Origin: Chrysomallon squamiferum
Lineage: Eukaryota > Animalia > Mollusca
Assembly (NCBI GenBank): GCA_012295275.1
Contig: CM022677.1
Location: 23,188,001-23,252,000 of the forward strand
Direction: 5' to 3'
DNA: 64,000 bases
The notes beneath the pieces were generated by a model. That model ran no database searches. It saw nothing but the letters and a program-made list of their open reading frames with translations, and was not told where the DNA came from. The translations under genes and the position numbers were made by a program. Of this stretch, positions 54,498-64,000 are shown in pieces (the first letter of the stretch is position 1; every line of letters starts with the position of its first letter).

Positions 54498-57311
54498 CCA
54501 TATTTTTATATATAAAATCAAAGGATTAAGTATTAAAATTAAAACATCTCTCAAACAAATTATTGCACAGTGAACAAGAGAAAACAGAATAGTTTGTTAC
54601 TGTAAATCTGTTCATAAACTTCAGTTAAAAAATCATTTCTTCATCTCTCATCCTCCATCTTTTATTTCAATTTCTACTTAATCACATTCTTTCTTATTGA
54701 TATCATGCAGTGTAAATATTCATAAAGGTTGTAAAAAAATAACTGTGGTATAAATAAAAAGTCTAAATTCATTATTAATAAAAGCAAGTTATTGTTTAGT
54801 TGTTTGTTTTAGTAATTTCAAAGACTTAATATGCTTTTACATCTTTTTGAATGCTGACTTTTGAATTTTTCTTTCTAACTTATATTTTGGTTTGTTGTGT
54901 TAATTTAATAGGTTTTTTTTTTTTTTTTTTACCTATTTCATAATTGATGAATTTGTACAAAGGACATGTTTGTTAATAATAAATTATGCTAAATAAATAA
55001 AAAGGTGGGACTTCTGTTACAAATAAAATAGTCATACTTTTAGCTTACAGATAAATCTGAACTGAGGGTAAATTATATAAAAAATGTTTTTAAGCTTATT
55101 ATGTATTCCACATGTAAAAAGATATAAAATATCCTAGTAAAGTAAATGTTCAAAACAGTCTTAATTAAAACAAATAAGAGTTTCAAGAAAAAAATATTTT
55201 CTCCTGACATTATAAATAAAATAATTTGATTATGCAATAATTTTGTTTTACAATTTTGGAATTAGGTAAATTTAAGCTAAATACAATAACACCAATCATA
55301 ATAAAAATAAATAAAATTAAATATGAAATCAAAAAATGTTTGGCCACATGTTATCAATGATAAAAAGAATTTAAGAAACAGAAAAATCATTTTAACAAAT
55401 TATAATATCACAATTAAAATTTGATAACAAAGCATAATGATATGAAATGAAAATCAATATTCAATAGAAAGCAAAAAATATTTACAGTATAATATTAGAT
55501 AAAATATTAATAATAAACTATTACATCTATTAAAAAGAAATTTAATAAATTAAACTGAAAGATTTGCTAAAATTCAAGTAAATAACATCATCTATACATA
55601 AATTAATTTCCAGTTAAGATTAACAACAATGGTTTTGTTTAATTTTAATGGATTTTTTAAAGAAAAATCTACAACAAATCCTAAATTGCGGTAAAAGAGA
55701 AATTACACCAGTGCTCAGCAAAGGGAGTTAATGCACATTTCAACTAGACAACAATTAACAGTGATTATTTTACAAAAAATTTAATGATTTGTGAATTTCA
55801 GAATTTTTATTTCTTTGTTATTTGCAATATAATTACTCTGAAAGTGCCTTTTTTACAGTGCTTCATAATATTAAAATACCTAGTATTAATAATAATGATG
55901 ATGATAATAATAATAGTAATAATAACAATAAAAAACAATACTAATAATGAATTCAAAACAATGATAATGTTTATTCTAGAAAAAAAAATATTTTTATTGT
56001 ATTCAACAAATTCTCTTGTTTTTATTATCGATTTATAATTTACTTACTTAAAGTTATAATTAATACAATATTTACCTAAGATTAAACAACTGATTAAGTT
56101 GTAAAAAATTAAATGCTCCCCTAAATTAATTTTTTACAACAAAATCAGTTTCCTTTTACTTTAAAAAAAAGAAAATTAAGTTTTTAAAAACTGTACGTCT
56201 GTGAAATTACCTTTTAAAAATAATTTTCCTTTTCCTTTCAAGTTTTAACATAAACCAAAAGCCAGAAACCCATTTTAAAAGTAGTGTTAAACTACTATTA
56301 AACTGACATGATTTAATTACAATGTTTTTAAATGGCACATTGAGAAATACAAATAGACTGCGAGGGGATGAAAAGTACATAATAAATAAAATAAAAACTA
56401 CAACATGTTGAGACAGAAATGATATTACAACACATACCTGTAATGTGCTAACAAATACATTTTATATACTTTTGTGTTTAATTGTTAAGGGCCAATCTTT
56501 AATAATTATAAAGTACAAGAATAACATGCGATAATTCACAAAACTGTAAATTTAAAAAAAAAAAAATTCTATCTTTCTTTGATTGTTTGTGAGATTAATG
56601 TTTACACAGAACAAAATGGATTTTATTTTCATATGTATTTATAATATGTTATCAAGAACCAGTCTTTGCTTTAATATAAGAATTATGCAGTGAATATTAT
56701 TTTTACTTTTTTCTGTATATTTGTGGTTTCTTTTACATAAAAGAAAAAAGATTCTAAAATTAACCCCTAGTTCTATGTGTATTACTTTAATTATTTTACC
56801 ACTCTTTGCTAATAATTAAGTTACTGAGTAGAAGACAGGGATCAGGGATTCAGTTAAATGTTATTCTGCTTTCTTTTCCTCTGAAGATGTGACATTATCT
56901 TTTATGCAGAAGAAAATATATTAGAAAAATGAACGTCTCTATTATGAGTAGGTAAGCCACTATTTGCTGTTATTATTTACTGCAAGTTTTATGACATTGT
57001 TGTATAAATGAAATGTCTTATTACCCATCAGCTTTTATACTACTTTCAAACCTGACTAGTAATGAAGATTAGTTTCTAGAATAAATAGTCTCCATATTCT
57101 TACATTTTTTCTTATCATGTATTTAAAAAAAAAAGTTTTTAAATACAAATAAAGCTTCATCTTACCTTTACTGTTATACTTTATTATTATCGAAGGCTGG
57201 CTTTCATGTTAAAGTATACATAAAGTATTTATATTTACACATGACAGGCATGCTTTAACCTGTAAAGTACTGTGACAAAATGTCTAAGTCTGTAATGCAT
57301 ATTCTCCACAG

Positions 57312-60300
57312 TCAGTAATAGAAGTTGTCGTGCAGTTTCTCAAACGTTTCTTCGTCCGAGAGTTGCCTGACCTCTGTAACCCTGACCCGACCTTCGCGTC
57401 TGCCACTAGCACAGAACAACCAATCATCATCGAGCTGTGCCAGCACCTCCAGGTAGTCACCCTGGTCGAACGACAGTTCATCCGGGTCATCAGATTCATG
57501 TGCTACAAGAGTCACTGCATGCCTGTGTGGAGAAAATTGAAAACCTGCAATTAATGTTTAGAAAGTACTGTTCACGTTAATAGCATTTGTCTTAACATTC
57601 CCTGCCCCAATTATTCATCAAACCCTACAGTGGAAAAATCTTAGTAAAGTTTAACTTGCCTATATAGCCCCCAGACATAACATTTTAATAAACTGGTTAA
57701 AAAAAAAACAAAACAAAAAAAAGCCATGGTTAACATCACTATGTAAATATGGATCTACGTTTGTCGGGGAATCTTTATTTATTACCTTTTTATAACCTGT
57801 TTTATAACCTTGTTTAACATTAGTTTTGTTAATGCTTTATAACAGAATATTTTTTTTCTATAAATATGCTGATAAAACGCTGGAAAATTAAAAATCAAAA
57901 CACACATGCAAGATGAATGTATTTTTTCATATATGAACTATAAACAATTAAAATTATAAAAATATTAAAGTTTATAAGTAAAACTCAAAACACACATGCA
58001 TGATGAATGTATAAGGTACTTTTTTTTACAAAAGAAATATAAAATTCAAATAAAATAATGAAAATATAAAATTTTACCATGCATTGTTAGGATCAGTCGC
58101 CTCCGTTTTAAATACCTACACAAATAAACAAGGGCAAATAAAAAAAGCAACACAAAAGACAACACAACAAAACAAACAAACAAAAAACCAACAACAAACC
58201 ATAGAAAACAAAACACACTAAAACATTGTAAATGAATTAAAATTAAATTTTTTTTACTAAAAACCAGTAATAAAAAAAGAATTGTCAGCAATAGAGGTAA
58301 AAAACAAAACAAACTGGTGCAAGTTGGTGAATTATAAAATGTAAAGTCCTATCATGTTGAATTAATTATGAGACATAATAAAATTAATTTTATTTAATTT
58401 TTAACACACATCTTGTAATACATTTGAGATAATGCTTACTTAATCTCAGAAATGAAGAAATTAAATTATGATATTTTAATATGTATGATGAAATGAAAAA
58501 GAGAAATAAATTATTCTTAATTAAAATTTGAGTGCCAAATATTTTACGTTATTTCCGAAAACAACAAAAACATAAAAAAATTAACCTATTGTAATAAAAT
58601 TAATTAAAACAAAAGACAAAATTAAAAAGCTTACTTAAACGATGTCAAGCCAAAAGAATCTTTTCTAATAGATTTAGCCTCAACAACCTGATCCCTGTCT
58701 TCTGCTGATTGGTCACTCTTTCCTGAATCAATCCCTGCTTGGCTTTCTGCTGTAGAGGGCTCCTCTGATTGGCTAGGTGAAATGGCTGGGGATGGTTTAA
58801 AGCTTGACAGATGAGGATGAAATGTTCTGAACTCCATTCTTGGCTCTGTTTGTCTGTTTGTCCCGGCTGGGTTTTGTACAACAATTGCATAGGTGTTGTG
58901 TTGGAAGCTTGGCGAATTTGCGTTAATGTCCACACCAGAGAACGAATCTGCAGCTAGGTTTCTCACAGGTTCCTCTGCTTGGGTTAAACCTTCTGCTGTT
59001 GTCTGGCTGCCTGTTAAACCATCGGAGACCGGCTGACTGCCTGTCAGTGCTTCGCTTGTCGGAGAGCTGTTTGTTAGACCGTCACTGATTGGTGAGCTGT
59101 TTGTCAAACCTTCACTGATTGGTGGACTCGTAGCCAAGCCTTCACCACCACCAGCTTCATCGTCTGGAGATGATTCATCAAGAAATGTTTCCTTCGTCTC
59201 AGAAATTGTCAGCTTTCCTTCACTGTCACCCAGTTTGAGGTTCATGTCTACCTCAAGCTGAATACTGCTGCCTTCTGACTGGCTGTCTGACGTCTCAAAC
59301 TCAAGCATGGCTCTCTCACACTCCAGCCTTGGCTCAAGGAAATAGTCTGGATAAATATTTTCTTTGTTCTCATCATCCTCATCAATATCTTGTGAAGCAG
59401 CAATTTCAGCACTAACACATTTAGGACCAGCAGTTTCATTACGACCAATCTGAAGACCATTGGCACCTTTAGGTTTCTCACAAGTCAAGTCCTTGTCCTC
59501 AACACTTTCCACATTTTCAGAGGATGAACAACTTCCATCAAGAGCAGCAGGCAGACTGACACAGTTTGCTTCGTCCCGAAACAAACTGTCGTCAGCCACT
59601 TGAGCATCGGCAGTCCAGCTGTTCCTCTGGCTCTTTGTCTGTCTGTCAGGCAGAAGCAGCTTGTCAAAGAACGAGATCAAACTGAACGACTGACTCTGCA
59701 CGTGAGTGGGCCGAGGCTCGGCTGACGTCAGACTGTCCACCGACTGACGGCGTCCAAACTTCGTCATGAGTGATGCTGTAGCGTTATTTTCTGAAGGAAG
59801 ATTGTGAGATGAGCTGTCCTGACTTTGAGTTCTCTGCAGAAACCTCTGAGCGAGATTAGTAAACGAGGAGACAGGAGACTTTCCACCATCGACTGGTTTC
59901 TCACTTGCCTTCGACAGCTTCTCTTTAACCTCTATGTTTTCCAGATCTTTTGTTAGTTTAGGCGAGAAGACTCTATCCGAGCTGCTCAGTTTTGACTTTG
60001 AGCTTTCCACATTCTTCACTGAGTTGTTCACTTTGTCTTCTGCTTTGGCCATGTTGAAGCTGGACAGCAGTCTCTTGGTTCTAGGAAATGTTGCTCCACC
60101 AAACCAGTTCCAACTCTGACTGCTGCTTTTCTCCTGACCTTCATCCTTCTCTGGACTCTGATCCTGACCTTTCTTTGACACCTGACCTTGACCCTTCTTT
60201 GACATCAGGTCCTGACCATTTTCAGCTTGTTTACTTCTCTCTGACATCTCTCCTTGACCTTTATCCAGCACTCCACTGTAACTGTTACCTGATGCCACAG

Positions 60301-60767
60301 CTTGTTCTGTGTCTGGGTTGTTCAAATCAATGCTGTTAGTTTCTACAGAATTATCCAGAGCAGTGCTGGGACAGACAATGTCAAACTCCAGTTGGAATGG
60401 TAGAACAGCGAGTGGTTGCAGAGCCAGCAGCATGTTGTCATAGTGACGTCTGAGAGTGGTTTCAGCCAGGCAGAGAATCGAGTCAGATTCGTACACTCGG
60501 CTGATGATGTCTTTCTTACTGCGAATGTATCCCATCCAGAAGTCCAACAGTCGCAGACTGACAAAAACAATCAAAAACAGATAATACATAACTAAATAAA
60601 TATTAAATAAGAACAACAACAACAACAGCAATAAGACAGCAGTATGTTTAATTAAGTAGATATTGTGTTTTCAGGAAGTGTCATTACAGTTAAATTATCA
60701 TAATCATAAAACTCATGATTCTTATTAGTACTGTTTCAGTTATTAGCTGAATTAAAATAGTTATCAG

Positions 60768-60801
<34 letters not shown>

Positions 60802-61996
60802 TTTGTCAGTAAAGACATAATATTTCACTTACTTTGCAAGACCGACAACAAAAGCGTAGAATTTCTGTTTGTTGGTAACCAGTGATGACTTCAGCTTTAG
60901 TTTCCTCACCAGTTCATTGACAGCTCTGGTGTAAGGACCTAAAACAGTATTATTTTTAAATTTCTGTTGTTTTCTTTTGTCTTATAATAATTCTGCAAAC
61001 GCTGCTTTAAATTTTATTTTTCATTAATTTGTTTTGCAATGACCTTAAAGAGTAAATTAATATTATTTTTGAAAACTTTACATATATGTTACTATTGTTT
61101 CATATAATTATGTTGTTAATTTTATTTAAATTATTTTTCTACTGCTGTTACCGAGTTCGGAAGACATTTCTGCAACTCTCCAGGGAGTGATGTGAATTTT
61201 TCCGAACACGTGAAAACCAGTCAGATATGGCTTCATTCCTTCTTCAATGACCATCTCGAGTGCAGGACACAGATGTGTCACAAACAAACTGGCAACCTTT
61301 GGGCTCTCTGCAGAGCACCCTAGTCTCAGCTGCAGTTAAATATAAATATATCATAAATAATAAACTAGAATTAAATGTAAATCATTTTATAAATACATTA
61401 TAGTAAACTAGAATTAAAATATAAATAATTTCATAAATAAACTAGAATTAAAACATGCAGCCATATTAAAAATATATTACCACATAATACTTAAAATTAG
61501 TTCTGAAAATGTAACACTGTATCATAGATTAACTATAATTTAAATATATTTACAAAGAGAGTAATTGTTTTTAAATTAAAAATTTATCTGATTATCAGTT
61601 TTACTTAATATAAACATTTTAATTAACCTATCACTACAATCTGTTATAGTACAGGACTGAATGTACAAAATTGTTAAAACAAACAATTCAGATAAAATCA
61701 ATATTACCATTATAATTAATACTAGTATTCTTATTCTTGTTATTATAATATTATTGATGGTATTGTTGTTGTTATTATTATTATTACTATTATTATTATT
61801 ATTGATGTTGTTGTTGTTATTATGATTATTATATTATTGTAAGAAATGATATTTACCTTATCGAAAGGATCCCGAGCCTGGGCGAAATGTTCAACTAGAG
61901 CCTCAGCAGCCTGCGTAACACACAGCAGAATACCTGAAATATAACAACAACAGTAATAATAGTAATAATATTAACAATAATAATAATAATAATAAC

Positions 61997-62042
<46 letters not shown>

Positions 62043-62102
62043 GTAATAATAATGATAATAATAATAGTAATAATAATATTAGTGATAATAATAGTAATAG
62101 TA

Positions 62103-62145
<43 letters not shown>

Positions 62146-62158
62146 TAATAACAGAAAT

Positions 62159-62190
<32 letters not shown>

Positions 62191-62222
62191 GACAAAGAAG
62201 AACCAAAAAGATATGGCAACAC

Positions 62223-62261
<39 letters not shown>

Positions 62262-64000
62262 CAAATTCTGATTTTAATTAGTCTTTATTAAAATTATGAT
62301 AAAATTCAGGACAGAAGATAACTTAGAAACAAAACATATAAACTAAAAACACACGTACTTCTCTTCCTTGCTGTTTCAGTCATCAGTTCTTGGTCACCTA
62401 GGTTACTGTTGAAATCTGCTGATGTTTCTGGAGAAATCTGAATCAGTGCCTTTATTTTGGTTGAATTTTCTTCTGTCAAATAAAAATAATAATAAATATA
62501 ATCTACTTCTGCTATGCATATTCTATTAAACAAGAAGTCACAAACCATTAATAATTATAATATTAATAACAAGAAGAAGGAGAAGAAGATGATGATGATA
62601 ATGATGAAGAAAATGATCAAAATAATGACATAATGATAAAAAATAATAATAAATATAATATTAATGAATAAAGTAATGATAATTAAAAAATTTAAAAACA
62701 CAATAGTTTATTTTTTATTATTATACAAAATACTGAACAAATAAAATAACAATTATTATATTAACTACCTTGTTCAATGATTTCCAAGGTCAGCATGTCT
62801 TCATGAAGGTCGAGTGATGACACAGTTTGAGTGATCAGTCGCTGAGGTTTGCCTGGATGTTTGGGGCTGTACTGCGGGGAATGAAACGACACTTCCGAGG
62901 CAAAGCTCACACTCTTCTTTGTAAAGTTTCCCTCTTCAAACGAACTGCTGGTGCTCGATGCAACCATCACGTCCTCCTTTATAGCAAAAATCTTTTCTTC
63001 TCGCTGGTCTGGTGGAGGTAACTGAATGTTAGCGTTTTCAAAGTGCTCGTCGCTGACAAGCTGAGGAAACACACCGTCGCAGGCGATGGAGTAGCGACTC
63101 GGTTTCTTCGGAGGTTTCTGTTCCCCGTTTGCGTCAAAACTGTCAGGAATGGAGAGCGACCTTGCCTTGAAGTCCCGCTTCTTCCTCAGGCAGGATTTTA
63201 ACGGTTTGCGATCTCGAGACAGTTGCTCATAAATCTGTCCAATCATATCTGTTGCCTGGTCATTCATGTCTCTGACATCTGCCTCAGTGCAGCCGTTTCT
63301 TAACCCATCGCAGTAGGTTTCACTGCGACGTGGGTCACATTGTGCTGGGCCACTGTCTGCTGTCTCTGATGTTGGGCTGGCTTCCTGAAGGACGTAAAGA
63401 CCTTCCAGGTAGAATGAACTGAGTGAGGACGATGTACTGTTGCTGAGCCTGCGTACAAGCTGCATCTCTCTCTTACTTGGCTCACTCTCGCGTCTCAGCA
63501 CAGTGTTTCTGCACATTTCATTTTCATGTCTGGTGCTGTCACTGTCACTCCTGCAGTTCTCACACCTGCACAACTCGAGTTCATTCCTCAAACCAAAGTT
63601 TGCTGCCCTCTGGTGTCGGTTTCCAGAATTCTGTTTAAAACCCTCGCTTTTACTTGACGGCATGCTGCACTTGTTCTGTGAAAACTTTGGATTGCTCTCC
63701 AGATGTGGAGGAAGGAAAAGCAGTCGTTCAAGATCAGCAGCCAGCGATGTACAACACCTCCGTGTTTCACAGTATCCAGGATCAATCCCTGATGATGAAC
63801 TTGTGCTGAACCCACTACTGCTAGAAGCCAGTTCACTGGGTTTTAAATTTCTCACCTTCTTCTCTTTCTGACAGGTACAGGCTCCCGACCCTTCCCTCCA
63901 CTGAGTCTGTTTGCTGTCGTCAACCACTGGGGTGAGAATTATTGGAATTTTTACTGGATCAAACAATGACAGCTGTGGTGAGAACTCTTCGTCATATCGA
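57312..64000 (-). CDS. RUN and SH3 domain-containing protein (RUSC1/RUSC2 / iporin-like), 5' end lies outside the window
   Basis: Minus-strand exons, phase-consistent: >64000-62769 (frame open to the window edge), 62472-62359, 61933-61857 (ILLCVTQAAEALVEHFAQARDPFDK), 61329-61152 (LRLG...HLCPALEMVIEEGMK...PWRVAEMSSELG), 60938-60833 (PYTRAVNELV...KFYAFVVGLAN), 60557-58635 (LRLLDFW...MLLALQPLAVLPFQLEF, then a long S/E-rich region), 57522-57312 (HAVTLVAHESDDPDELSFDQGDYLEVL...DWLFC, an SH3 domain). The RUN-domain blocks closely resemble RUSC2. Confidence 0.88.
61940..62190. repeat. Compound (AAT/AGT/AAC)n trinucleotide tract in an intron of the RUSC-like gene
   Basis: Seen directly. It produces the poly-I and poly-L pseudo-ORFs. 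Confidence 0.95.

Noticed and set aside
61895-62291. Poly-Ile and poly-Leu ORFs as membrane proteins
   Set aside because: They are translations of an intronic (AAT)n tract.
58645-63871. Overlapping antisense and alternative-frame ORFs within the large RUSC-like exons
   Set aside because: They are expected shadows of long GC-richer coding exons, with no independent splice or start evidence.

Overview
This is AT-rich, microsatellite-dense animal genomic DNA, not prokaryotic. It is probably an invertebrate or mollusc-like genome (inferred from composition and CpG mosaicism). Five spliced protein-coding genes can be rebuilt with canonical GT-AG junctions and consistent reading-frame phase. They are AP-3 complex sigma subunit (- strand, 18162-23032, 6 exons, 190 aa), cysteine dioxygenase CDO-A (-, 25113-27083, 210 aa), RAM/RAMAC (+, 33617-34402, 132 aa), cysteine dioxygenase CDO-B (+, 40044-47524, 226 aa) and the 3' part of a RUN+SH3 (RUSC-like) gene (-, 57312 to beyond 64000). 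The two CDO paralogs are divergently oriented, share the same intron positions and flank RAM. The left 13.5 kb looks like the 5' region of another, unidentified minus-strand gene, with a non-coding first exon and several candidate alternative first exons. There is also a hAT-type MITE with TIRs and a TSD, several minisatellites and some local duplications. The most notable observations are the CDO pair (both have Thr in place of the triad Ser, and CDO-A is more divergent with a Cys-rich N-terminus) and a 1.15-kb intronic minisatellite built from copies of the adjacent AP3S 3' splice site. Most short ORFs in the supplied track are simple-repeat artefacts. I found no rRNA, tRNA or CRISPR array, and no clearly new multi-gene system that the sequence alone can establish.
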